Source: Nitrospirota bacterium (GTDB lineage Bacteria; Nitrospirota; Nitrospiria; Nitrospirales; Nitrospiraceae). Taken from it: a stretch of 32,000 nucleotides of DNA. The translations under genes were made by a program, and so were the position numbers. Location: assembly GCA_963850405.1 (NCBI GenBank), contig CAWKLH010000025.1, positions 223,554 to 255,553 on the forward strand, in the 5' to 3' direction. The first letter of the stretch is position 1, and each line of letters starts with the position of its first letter. Positions 9,369-17,929 of this stretch are shown here, piece by piece. The notes under the pieces are model-generated. The model was not told where the DNA came from. It searched no databases and was given only the letters and a program-made list of their open reading frames with translations.

Positions 9369-10628
9369 TTATGCTCCCAACCGTGTGAAGACCGGGAGTA
9401 CTGGAGCCCAGACTGGATTGATGAGTCGCTCACCAGAATCGGTCCAGGACAGGAACAATCCTGCAAAGCGCTGATCCGGATCGTGGAGAATGTCCACCAA
9501 CCGTTGCACTTCCCACAGGACGTCCTTGGACTCGACTTTAATGTCAACTGATTGGCCAGGCTGGATTGGGGCCTCGTTATCCATCGTCAGACCGGCCGAT
9601 GCGACCAGTTCGGCTGGATAGTTTGGATCAACCCTAGATGCACCAAACTTGTTGGTAAATCTGATACCTGCTGTCGTGAACTCACCGATGGTTACCGGTT
9701 GTGTGCCGTTATTGGTCGCATGAAGAACCATGCGCAATGCGCGGCCCGGAACATCGTACTCTGCATGAATAACGTCAACCGTCAGCGGGTTGGGCTTGAT
9801 CGGCATCGGCTTGATCTTTGCCTCACCAGCCTGGAGAGGGACGCTAATCGGGTGCTTTGCTTCTGCAGCCATGTACCCGACGAGAACAACAGTTAATGTA
9901 AGGACCAATACCGCCACTCCAACTTTTCGGTCGATAGGGTCAAGCAGAATCTCGTCCCCATACGCCGCCAGGACTCGAGCGCGAATCAGGTACATTGGTC
10001 TGATGGCAAAGTATCCGACCCAGAAGATACCGAGAGCGATCCACCAGATATGCCACCCAATTCCAGTCATGCTTCCCATCGTCTCCGAGTCGAATGTTTC
10101 ATTGGTCAGGGTCTTGATCGGATTGGTGAAATCCTCATAGCGACCCGTGATGTCCATCCATCCACCTGGTCCCGCGATTGGACCGGCTTCCTTGACGGCA
10201 AACATGGGATGGATGTGATGGTGGCCGGGGAGTCTGGCCTTTAATTTGACCACGTACTCATAGTCACGGCCGATTTCCATTGGTCCCGAGACGAACATCG
10301 GCGTTCCATTGACTTTCGAGCTCAGACGCACGAAGACGGAGCTGGGGGATCCGACATTGATGAAGGTCCGGGTCGGCTTCACCACCGCACGAGGCCAATC
10401 CTCGGATAAGTGGAACTTTCCCTTCAGCTCTGTCACATCATTGACTTTGGTCGACTTTCCAACCCATTCAGTGTCATACCAATTCACAGTGCGCATCCGC
10501 AGGAATGGCTCCTGCGATCGCTCCCCGTGAGCGAATGCAGGGATAATATCGAGAGCCGGCGTGACTGCCAGCGTCGCCACCCCGCAGAGTCTAATCATCC
10601 ACAGTTTGAAGACGTGTTTGGCAGTCAT
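9369..10628 (-). CDS. amoB: Ammonia monooxygenase subunit B
   Basis: 419 aa with a signal peptide ending AFAHGE (mature N-terminal His). Also present are the HHHIHPMF region, two central TM helices and a C-terminal cupredoxin-like domain. ATGA overlap with the amoA stop. Confidence 0.95.
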   Translation of the reverse strand: MTAKHVFKLWMIRLCGVATLAVTPALDIIPAFAHGERSQEPFLRMRTVNWYDTEWVGKSTKVNDVTELKGKFHLSEDWPRAVVKPTRTFINVGSPSSVFVRLSSKVNGTPMFVSGPMEIGRDYEYVVKLKARLPGHHHIHPMFAVKEAGPIAGPGGWMDITGRYEDFTNPIKTLTNETFDSETMGSMTGIGWHIWWIALGIFWVGYFAIRPMYLIRARVLAAYGDEILLDPIDRKVGVAVLVLTLTVVLVGYMAAEAKHPISVPLQAGEAKIKPMPIKPNPLTVDVIHAEYDVPGRALRMVLHATNNGTQPVTIGEFTTAGIRFTNKFGASRVDPNYPAELVASAGLTMDNEAPIQPGQSVDIKVESKDVLWEVQRLVDILHDPDQRFAGLFLSWTDSGERLINPVWAPVLPVFTRLGA

Positions 10629-11482
10629 GCTTTCCCCCCAGAAAGTTTAGCTTTGTCGCCTTGTGGTCCCAAAGTGGCGAATGCAAATACATCGTACACC
10701 TTGGTGGTCCGCTGTCTGTCATCGGTGATGTAGAAGTACGATGTGCAGAAGAACTTCCCAAACTGCCACCAGAGGATGTACGTCAACGAGGACGCGAACG
10801 CGGCGAAGAACGCGGAGATCATGGTGCTGTGACCGCCGAATGTGCGCAGCGATCCAACTTCGATCATCCGGATGTACTCAGGAGTTCCCGTACGAACATA
10901 CATGAAGCCCATATAATCTGCCCATGAGAGCAATGCGCCATCGACGACAATCGGCGTATGGCTATAGGCAAATATAGGCCAGTTGCTCGGATAGAACAGT
11001 GCCGCGAACATCCATGCTCCGATCACTGCCGTCAATGTCCAGTTCCTGGTTAACAAAAGTACGATGTCGAGAACCAAGGCACCGGGGATTGCTGTAGCAG
11101 GCATGACGAAGTTGGGTGGATAGTTAGACCACCACCACCAAGAAGTGTAGACGGCGATCCATTTTCCAGCGCCCAGCGCCAGAATGCAGAGCGTCGCACC
11201 GAATGGCTGTCGGTAGTTCACCCAGTTGTAGTACTGGATAGCGGCGCAGAAGGTGATCAAGGTAACCGGCGTCACGATCGGCCACCACTGACGGTCTTTC
11301 CAATCGAGCCAGAAGTCCCAGTCGCCACACAGCAGGGCCGTGTGCATATGGAAGGTCCCGACGATGGTGACGAACAAAATGGGAATGAAATAGATATAAT
11401 CGATTTTTCTAGACATCGCTACCCCTTCAGGGGGTAACTTCGAAGCCTTGATAATCTCATCGGTTCTAAACATAACTGACAT
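10625..11482 (-). CDS. amoA: Ammonia monooxygenase subunit A
   Basis: Typical AmoA sequence ([16 protein letters not shown]..., [34 protein letters not shown]). GGAGG abuts the ATG at 11482, so the ATG at 11473 (MFRTDE) with 9-nt spacing may be the real start. Confidence 0.95.
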   Translation of the reverse strand: MSVMFRTDEIIKASKLPPEGVAMSRKIDYIYFIPILFVTIVGTFHMHTALLCGDWDFWLDWKDRQWWPIVTPVTLITFCAAIQYYNWVNYRQPFGATLCILALGAGKWIAVYTSWWWWSNYPPNFVMPATAIPGALVLDIVLLLTRNWTLTAVIGAWMFAALFYPSNWPIFAYSHTPIVVDGALLSWADYMGFMYVRTGTPEYIRMIEVGSLRTFGGHSTMISAFFAAFASSLTYILWWQFGKFFCTSYFYITDDRQRTTKVYDVFAFATLGPQGDKAKLSGGKA

Positions 11483-11594
11483 CCTCCGTCATTTCAGTCG
11501 GCCGTGGCCAACCAGGCGTTCTGTTCCCTAAGAGTGCCTGATCAGCCGCCGATACCGACCTTATGGTTCATATAGTCTGCATCCGCCCAATTAC

Positions 11595-12413
11595 TTAGTA
11601 CCCGGCCTTGGCATTCGGGTTCACCTGGCTGGGGAACGGATCCAGAATGGCCTTGGGCGCGTTGTTCCAGACCACGTCCGCCAGATTCGACATCCGGCTC
11701 ACGATCTGCGCCGCCACGCCCCCTGCCGCTCCGAACAACCCGCACCAGCCCAACGTCACAAAGCCCCAGTGCAACGGCGCCGCAAACAGCTCATCCACAA
11801 ACCAGAACGCATGCCCCCACTCGTTGAGGCCCACGTTCGGCAGAATGAACATCGGCCCCACCACCGCCGCCACCAACGGGAACGACGTGGCTTGGCTGTA
11901 CAACGGCAACCGCGTCTGCGCATACAGATAACTCGACACGCCGCACGTGATGTACAACGGGAACGTCCCGTAGAACGCCACGATGTGGCTCGCCGTAAAG
12001 CTCGTGTCCCGGATGATCACTTGATGCCACGCCGCATCCTGCTCCAACGTGTAGCTGCCCGCGTAGTACACGCCCCAGATGTAGCACACCAACCACCCCA
12101 TAAAATAAAAGTACCGCTTCAGCTCGAGCTTCGGATCCAGGTTCGTCAGGTTCCGATCCCGCGTCACCCAGATCCACCCGATCGCCGTGGCAAAGAACAC
12201 GGCGTTGGCCAGAATGTTAAACCGCCACAGCCCCATCCACACCGAGTCGAACTCCGGGGTCATGGAGTCCAGGCCGTGCGAGTACCCGAACGTCCGCTGG
12301 TACAGCACCCAAAACACCCCGATCGACAACATCCCCAACCAGCCGAGCTTCGCCGGCTTCGAATCGTACCACTGCGAGATGTCATACCCTCGCCCTGAAC
12401 TGTCTGCAGCCAT
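11595..12413 (-). CDS. amoC: Ammonia monooxygenase subunit C
   Basis: ATG at 12413 ([20 protein letters not shown]...) with AAGGAGG upstream, giving 272 aa with the AmoC/PmoC TM pattern. The 5' extension to 12464 in the ORF track has no RBS. Confidence 0.95.
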   Translation of the reverse strand: MAADSSGRGYDISQWYDSKPAKLGWLGMLSIGVFWVLYQRTFGYSHGLDSMTPEFDSVWMGLWRFNILANAVFFATAIGWIWVTRDRNLTNLDPKLELKRYFYFMGWLVCYIWGVYYAGSYTLEQDAAWHQVIIRDTSFTASHIVAFYGTFPLYITCGVSSYLYAQTRLPLYSQATSFPLVAAVVGPMFILPNVGLNEWGHAFWFVDELFAAPLHWGFVTLGWCGLFGAAGGVAAQIVSRMSNLADVVWNNAPKAILDPFPSQVNPNAKAGY

Positions 12414-12640
12414 ACTCCCTACCTCCTTCTGTTTGGATGAAATAGTGAAACTACCGAGCACCACGTTTCAGTGAAAGATCCTTCCCCACAACTACGTCTC
12501 ATTGCTCACGTGGAAGGACCGGTTAAAATGTGAGCAAGTATCCGACAAAAATCTGAGATGAGTCAAGGGAAATATTATGGGTTAGGCTCGCAAAACACTC
12601 GTATAAAGCCTACATGGCAAGCATGGTTCGTGCGACCCCA

Positions 12641-12669
12641 CGTATACTCTTGCGGATGGTTGAAGTCAA
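12641..12669 (-). promoter_or_regulatory. Candidate sigma70 promoter upstream of amoC
   Basis: On the minus strand, TTGACT (12669-12664), a 17-nt spacer, then TATACG (12646-12641). A second candidate is TTGACT(12566-12561)-18-GATACT(12542-12537). Pattern match only. Confidence 0.3.
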
Positions 12670-12787
12670 GTTCAGCAGGGCTGTGCCATGAGGACTGTCT
12701 CTCTTGGCGGGCCACGCGATGTGCGTTTTTGTCCGAATGGAACTCTCTCGATCAACTACCCTGGGTGGGCCTGATTTAGGGCCTGAT

Positions 12788-14803
12788 TCAATGGACGTGA
12801 TCACCGGGGGGAGGCAAGATCTCTCGCTCTTGATTGAGCTGTGTGATCTGTTGTGTCAAAAGGCTCATGTCTGTCCAGCTTGGTCCATCTCCATGAGGAA
12901 TCCATCGAGCTCGTAGGTATCCGAATCGGTCGAAGAGAAACTCCATGTGACTCTGGCGAGTGCCCTCGCCGAACAAGTCAGGAATCGAGAGTGTTCGGCG
13001 GAACAGCGCATAGCTGCGGGAGATCTCCCGTCCGCCTTGAGTGATGACGGGGAACGGCATTCCTTGCCCGATTGAGGTCAGCTCATCCGGAGGAAGGTCG
13101 GTCATTGGGACTGCCAGGATAGCCGTGCCGGTTGTGGTAATCGCGGTCGAAGCCGTACGAAGTTGATCAAGCCGAACACGCGACTCCGGCCAGGAGAATA
13201 ACACGAGCAGTAGGTTTTGTTTTCCGCGGAAGTCTTTCAAGGTTCCGCTTGAACCATCGTGCGCCGTATACGAAAAGTTCGGGGTGGCCATAAACGGCTG
13301 CTCAGGCAGAATACGAGGCGTGATGATTCTCGATTGGTACCCTCGGGAATTGGCATGGAGAAAGTTAAGGAGATCCCAGCGTTCTTCTTCTGAAAATTTC
13401 TCACCGAAGGCCGGCATGACACCGTTGAATCGTCCGTAGGTCAGCCAATGGAAGAAGTCACCTGCCGTGTGCATGGCGGTATGAGGCTCCGTCAGCAGGT
13501 CGACGGGTTGTTTCGGCAGTGTCTTAGCCAATACCCCGTTCCCTTTAGCCTGTGGGCCATGGCAGGGAATGCAATTCGCCGTGAATAGCTCGACGCCATT
13601 GGCAATCGAGATGGCATCGAACGGAACCGGGGTCTTCCGATACGTCTCCGGGTAGGATTGTACTGCGATGGGATAGAATGTCGCACCAAGTCCGAGGATC
13701 CCCAGCAGGGTTGGAACAGCGATGCGCCACGAGGTTGCCCACTGTTTTTTGCGACTGAGTACGATGGTCGTTCCAGCTATGACCAAGAATACAAGGCCGG
13801 TTAGCACAATGGCCCTTACAAGCCAGTCGTCCCATGTTGCGTCGATAGAGAAGCGGAACGGGTAGGGCCAGTTATCGATGACCTCATGCTTAGCCGGGAC
13901 CGCGTTGGCCAGTAAGGTCGCGACGATGACCAGGAGAATGGCGAGGCCAAACTCGACTGTTACCCATGTCCGAAGTTTTTGCCCACTTGTTGCGGCTTGC
14001 TCGGAGCGTTGCTGAATCGATGGTATCCAAAGAGACTTTGCTCGTGAAGCGATGGAAAGAATGACGGCAAGTAATGTGAGCTTCGTGATAAGCAGCCAAC
14101 CATAGGCTGTCGCGACCAGTCCGGCGTAATTGGTTTCAAACATGCGATTGGCCACGACGATGCCTGATATGACAACAACGATCATTGTGACGAGGGCCAA
14201 TCTCGAGAAGCGAGTCAGCACGTCACCGATATGGGATCTTTCGTCAGCTGATCCGGTCGCGATGGTGGAGGCAACAAGAATTACGCCCGGGAGACCGCCG
14301 AACCAAACGCTAGCTACGATAAGATGTAAGGCATAGATCACGGTGGCCAAGACCGCTTGCTCTTCGGCCGCCGAATGGCTCGCGAGAGAACCGAGGGCCA
14401 GGGGCAGCGCCGCCGCTGATGCACCTATGACGTAGCGCCATTTCGCAGCAAGAGCAACCTGTATGTACAGAACGATCACAAGGACAGCAAGGGCACTCGC
14501 AGCGCGCAGGGTCCAGATAAACCCGATACGAGTCTTCTGGATAAAGTCCAACCAGGCTTGCGGGTTCCAGGCATTCTCAGGGGATCCGGTAGCCTGCGCG
14601 GTCGTCGTAGCCAAGAGACCGACTAGGCCGATCAGTAGGAGGGTGGCCAACCAAGGAAAAGTCTTTTTCAGACGAGCCAGCCACGAATGCCCTGATTCGA
14701 GGCTCTTCGGCTCGGCGATTGCTAAAAAGACGCAACCCCCGATCAGCATCATGTTGGACGCGAGTTGCAGACAGCGAAGCAGCGTACCGACGGCCTCGAT
14801 CAT
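12788..14803 (-). CDS. copD: CopD-family membrane protein fused to a cytochrome c domain and a Cys-less redoxin-like domain
   Basis: 671 aa. The N-terminal part is a multi-TM CopD-like region, followed by a CIPCH heme motif with a downstream GVMPAF Met. The C-terminal part is Prx/Trx-like (GTLKDFRGKQNLLLVLFSWPESR, HMEFLFDRFGYLRARW) with no redox Cys. ATGA overlap with the copC stop. Confidence 0.85.
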   Translation of the reverse strand: MIEAVGTLLRCLQLASNMMLIGGCVFLAIAEPKSLESGHSWLARLKKTFPWLATLLLIGLVGLLATTTAQATGSPENAWNPQAWLDFIQKTRIGFIWTLRAASALAVLVIVLYIQVALAAKWRYVIGASAAALPLALGSLASHSAAEEQAVLATVIYALHLIVASVWFGGLPGVILVASTIATGSADERSHIGDVLTRFSRLALVTMIVVVISGIVVANRMFETNYAGLVATAYGWLLITKLTLLAVILSIASRAKSLWIPSIQQRSEQAATSGQKLRTWVTVEFGLAILLVIVATLLANAVPAKHEVIDNWPYPFRFSIDATWDDWLVRAIVLTGLVFLVIAGTTIVLSRKKQWATSWRIAVPTLLGILGLGATFYPIAVQSYPETYRKTPVPFDAISIANGVELFTANCIPCHGPQAKGNGVLAKTLPKQPVDLLTEPHTAMHTAGDFFHWLTYGRFNGVMPAFGEKFSEEERWDLLNFLHANSRGYQSRIITPRILPEQPFMATPNFSYTAHDGSSGTLKDFRGKQNLLLVLFSWPESRVRLDQLRTASTAITTTGTAILAVPMTDLPPDELTSIGQGMPFPVITQGGREISRSYALFRRTLSIPDLFGEGTRQSHMEFLFDRFGYLRARWIPHGDGPSWTDMSLLTQQITQLNQEREILPPPGDHVH

Positions 14804-15201
14804 TTCCTTTGAGTGTCGCCCTTTACAGTGAAGTCGAAGGTAGACTCAACCACATGGCCGTCGACCGAGAGGACACGGAACTTGACGGAGTACTTACCGG
14901 GAGCCAGCACGGGAATGGGCAACACGATCGATTTCTGGTCATCCGGTGCAAGGGTGGGCTTGGCATCGGTGATTGGCTGTTTTTGGGCATCGAGGACCAC
15001 GAGCGAGGCGTAGTCTCCTTCAATTTTCTCGTTGAACCACAGTCGCACTTGTGTCGGCGACTTGGTAAGCACGGCTCGGCGTGGAGGCTCGGCCTTGACT
15101 AACATGGAATGCGCCAAAGCTGAGGTTACGGGTGCTGCCACGATGAACATGATGACCAAGATGAAGCGCGTGAACATATTCATGCCTGCTGGGACGACCA
15201 T
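14800..15201 (-). CDS. copC: CopC copper-binding periplasmic protein
   Basis: ATG at 15201 with GAGGGAG upstream. Signal peptide cleavage at ALA/HS gives a mature N-terminal His. A DGH motif lies near the C-terminus and there is no Met-rich Cu(I) loop. Confidence 0.85.
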   Translation of the reverse strand: MVVPAGMNMFTRFILVIMFIVAAPVTSALAHSMLVKAEPPRRAVLTKSPTQVRLWFNEKIEGDYASLVVLDAQKQPITDAKPTLAPDDQKSIVLPIPVLAPGKYSVKFRVLSVDGHVVESTFDFTVKGDTQRK

Positions 15202-15282
15202 AAGCTCCCTCTGCGCCCGATTGCTACACCTGCGGTGATGCATCGGGTGGTCTAGTCTGGCGTTCCCTTGAGAAGTCGCTTC

Positions 15283-15867
15283 CTACGATACCCGGACCCG
15301 TGATGGCTTGCGAGGATCTCGGAAGGCGAAGAACACGGCAACGACAATGCCTACGAAGACCGGCACAATAACCATCATGTAGTGTGAGAGATGAGAGATA
15401 ACACCTTGTTCACCGACCGAAAAAGAAAATCGTGCGACATGTTCGCGACTTTGACCTATTGAAACCAATCCGACGAACTTCCCAGGTTGGTCGAAGTTGT
15501 ATTTCACGTCGATTGATCCAGTGGGGTAGACCTTGGACGGGAGGTGTGCAATTGTGACTGCTTCGAGATTATCCTCCGAGCCGGTATCTTTGATGATCCT
15601 CACTTCTACCGGGATAGCACGGAGCTCCTGTTCGACATAATCGAGCACCAAAACGGTGTTCCCCACCGCCGGAAGCTCCTGGCAGAATTTCCGATCGTAG
15701 TACATGTCAGGCAGGTAGCTTGCAAAAAGCATCTTATAGGGTCCAGCGTGGAGGACGCATGTATCCGCTGCCAATTCATGCCCATGTTGGGCCATCGCCG
15801 AAAAAGGCGCGACGACCAAAAGGAATACACAACACACCCAAGCACGGAAGAGAAGATGACCGAACAT
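15283..15867 (-). CDS. PmoD/AmoD-AmoE family protein, paralog 3 (copC-proximal)
   Basis: ATG at 15867 with GAGGG upstream. Signal peptide (AMA/QHGH), the motif CVLHAGPYKMLF, the shared block VLDYVEQELRxxPxEVRIIKDTG and a C-terminal TM helix. Confidence 0.75.
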   Translation of the reverse strand: MFGHLLFRAWVCCVFLLVVAPFSAMAQHGHELAADTCVLHAGPYKMLFASYLPDMYYDRKFCQELPAVGNTVLVLDYVEQELRAIPVEVRIIKDTGSEDNLEAVTIAHLPSKVYPTGSIDVKYNFDQPGKFVGLVSIGQSREHVARFSFSVGEQGVISHLSHYMMVIVPVFVGIVVAVFFAFRDPRKPSRVRVS

Positions 15868-15929
15868 GTTCAACCCTCGTCTTTCTCTAATCCTCAGCAT
15901 TCAAAACGGTTTCGCTATAGTCTAAATCA

Positions 15930-16514
15930 TTAGGACGCTACGGGTTGCGATGGCTTGCGGTCTCTCATGAAAAACACAATCCCTAGGACAATGAGCACCG
16001 CAGCCACAGGAAACATGTAGATATTTAAGAACTTGGTATAGAACTTCGGCTCTCCCACCGAAAATGGAAACTTGGAGACATGCTCTTTCTTGTCGCCCAC
16101 GGTGACGATGCCGACAAATTTTCCTGGCTTGTCAAAGGTATAGGCAAAGTCGATAGAACCATTGGGATACACTTTGGCCGGAAGGTTAAACACGGTGTTG
16201 GTCTCAAGATTCTCTTCTGTGCCGGTGTCTTTGATGATCCGAACTTCGGTAGGGAGGGTGCGAAGCTCTTGCTCGATGTAATCCAGCACGACAATTGTTT
16301 GGCCGACCGCTGGGATATCCTCACAGAATTGTTTTTGTTGAGTGTTTTCAGGCTGATATCCACTGAAGTGCATCGTGTAGGGGCCGATCGTGAGCTTGCA
16401 CATGTCCTCGGCCATGGAGAGCCCACCGTGAGCATGGACCTGCGAGGACAGGAGAGCACTCAGAATAACTACTGCACATCCAACTGTCAGTTTCAGTGAT
16501 ACGAAAGACTTCAT
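15930..16514 (-). CDS. PmoD/AmoD-AmoE family protein, paralog 2
   Basis: ATG at 16514 (MKSFVSLK...) with AGAGGA upstream. Signal peptide (VHA/HGG), the motif CKLTIGPYTMHF and a C-terminal TM helix. The ORF-track extension to 16697 overlaps the upstream gene. Confidence 0.75.
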   Translation of the reverse strand: MKSFVSLKLTVGCAVVILSALLSSQVHAHGGLSMAEDMCKLTIGPYTMHFSGYQPENTQQKQFCEDIPAVGQTIVVLDYIEQELRTLPTEVRIIKDTGTEENLETNTVFNLPAKVYPNGSIDFAYTFDKPGKFVGIVTVGDKKEHVSKFPFSVGEPKFYTKFLNIYMFPVAAVLIVLGIVFFMRDRKPSQPVAS

Positions 16515-16581
16515 GAACGTGTCCTCTTTTTTGCAATGGTGAAGAGTAATGCTCAGATACTGACATGCGTCGTCCGGTTGC

Positions 16582-17169
16582 TCATGAGCGACGGCGTGAT
16601 GCAAACCACCCCCGCACTCGACCCGATTTCGAGAGCTCATATCCGACAACCCCGAGTACCAGCAGCAATGCCAATGGTCCAAGAGCTGCGCGTCCAAGCT
16701 TTGAATAGTCAGCCTGCTGCACGCGCAGCAGGTAGGTGGAAGGGCTGAGCCCTTCCGCTGTGATGATCAATTTGTAGAGCCCCTTTTCCAGCGTGGCTTC
16801 ACCCCTCACGATCCCATCTGGGTGAGAAACCGGTTTCCAATAGGCCACGGTCTTGGACTCGTCCTGCTCGTTTTCATTGACTCCTTGAATGATCTTGACC
16901 CCTACCGGCATATTGCGCAGGCTCGGGTCGACAAGGTCCACGACAAGGAACGTATCCCCCACATCTGGGATCTCTGTACAGTACTGAGCCTTCGGCTCAA
17001 TTTGTGGCTGGTAGGCACTGAAATGCACCATATTCCCACCGATTTTGCGCACACAAATGTCCTCTTCCATCGCCACATTCCCATGTGCGACGGCGGCAGT
17101 AGGGCTGATTACGGTTACGAGGACCAAGACCAGGAGGGGGAGGCTTATTCGGACCGCACACTTAATCAT
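16582..17169 (-). CDS. PmoD/AmoD-AmoE family protein, paralog 1 (distal)
   Basis: Signal peptide (AVA/HGN), the motif CVRKIGGNMVHF (C-x7-M-x-H) and a C-terminal TM helix. It is more diverged from the other two. Confidence 0.75.
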   Translation of the reverse strand: MIKCAVRISLPLLVLVLVTVISPTAAVAHGNVAMEEDICVRKIGGNMVHFSAYQPQIEPKAQYCTEIPDVGDTFLVVDLVDPSLRNMPVGVKIIQGVNENEQDESKTVAYWKPVSHPDGIVRGEATLEKGLYKLIITAEGLSPSTYLLRVQQADYSKLGRAALGPLALLLVLGVVGYELSKSGRVRGWFASRRRS

Positions 17170-17192
17170 GACGTCATCCGTTGAATGAATTG

Positions 17193-17207
17193 TCTAGGCA
17201 GCCTAGA
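17193..17207. promoter_or_regulatory. Perfect 15-bp palindrome, candidate operator in the amoD-like/bfr divergent region
   Basis: TCTAGGC-A-GCCTAGA, 24-38 nt upstream of the ATG at 17169 and just downstream of the candidate promoter at 17216-17245. Confidence 0.3.
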
Positions 17208-17215
17208 TTCCGAGG

Positions 17216-17245
17216 AATTTACCATCCTGCAGACTGTTGTTTCAA
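17216..17245 (-). promoter_or_regulatory. Candidate sigma70 promoter for the PmoD-like/cop string
   Basis: On the minus strand, TTGAAA (17245-17240), an 18-nt spacer, then TAAATT (17221-17216). Pattern match only. Confidence 0.3.
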
Positions 17246-17375
17246 GTGCTCGAACCATGCGCCTGGATCTGGTCCGATGGTCTATTCACCCCGCGCATGG
17301 ATGTGGCTCAAATAATACTGAGAATCCATTTCGCCGAATTTGAGAGACGAAATCAGAATACATCTATTTATCGAG

Positions 17376-17405
17376 TTGACGACGAGCGCGATACGTGATG
17401 ATAAT
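17376..17405 (+). promoter_or_regulatory. Candidate sigma70 promoter for the bfr pair
   Basis: TTGACG (17376-17381), an 18-nt spacer, then GATAAT (17400-17405), about 40 nt upstream of the bfr ATG. Confidence 0.45.
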
Positions 17406-17444
17406 GAGAGCGACGGTGATGATTTATTCGGAAGGAGGCCAAAG

Positions 17445-17921
17445 ATGAAAGCGAAAGAAGGGGTAATCAACATTCTTAACAAAATCCTGACGGCTGATTT
17501 GACTGCCATCAACCAGTATTTTGTCCATGCCAAGATGTGTGAGAACTGGGGGTATGACCGGCTCTATCATAAAATACGGGAGCGGAGCATCGATGAGATG
17601 AAGGATGCCGACGAACTGATCGGCCATATTCTCTATTTGGAAGGTGTGCCCAATGTGCAGCGAATGAATGCCGTTCAGGTCGGCGAGACGGTAGCTGAAC
17701 AGCTAAAGTTGGACTTGAAGGCGGAGCAGGAGATGCTGGCCTTGTTGAACGAGGGAGTCGTGCATTGCACGAAGATCACCGATTTTACGACCCGGCACAT
17801 GCTTGAAGATATGGCGAAGGATGTTGATGCTCATATCGATTGGATCGAGACTCAGCAGGAAACGATCAAGCAAGTCGGCCTGGAGAACTATTTGGCTGAA
17901 CAGATCAAGAAAGAATCCTGA
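17445..17921 (+). CDS. bfr: Bacterioferritin subunit, heme-ligand type (Met52 present, ferroxidase ligands degenerate)
   Basis: ATG at 17445 with GGAGG upstream. The 158 aa align without gaps to E. coli Bfr: D18, E51, M52, D54, E94, V127, H130. Confidence 0.9.
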   Translation: MKAKEGVINILNKILTADLTAINQYFVHAKMCENWGYDRLYHKIRERSIDEMKDADELIGHILYLEGVPNVQRMNAVQVGETVAEQLKLDLKAEQEMLALLNEGVVHCTKITDFTTRHMLEDMAKDVDAHIDWIETQQETIKQVGLENYLAEQIKKES

Positions 17922-17929
17922 GGGAATCC

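Noticed and set aside
11769-12398. 209-aa plus-strand ORF (Arg/Pro/His/Gln-rich) and a 128-aa alternative-frame minus ORF overlapping amoC
   Set aside because: The plus-strand ORF is codon-aligned antisense to amoC. It is explained by the amoC G3 codon bias, which avoids TTA, CTA and TCA. It has low-complexity composition, no RBS and no recognisable family.
12767-12790. Tandem 12-nt direct repeat GGGCCTGATTTA/GGGCCTGATTCA at the copD stop, giving in-frame TGA...TAA on the minus strand
   Set aside because: It is a single small duplication, most simply replication slippage, and no function is implied.
17391-17415. Fur-like GATGATAATGAGA sequence overlapping the -10 element of the bfr promoter
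   Set aside because: Only about 10/19 matches to the Fur consensus in the best register, which is essentially a single half-site. That is too weak to call.
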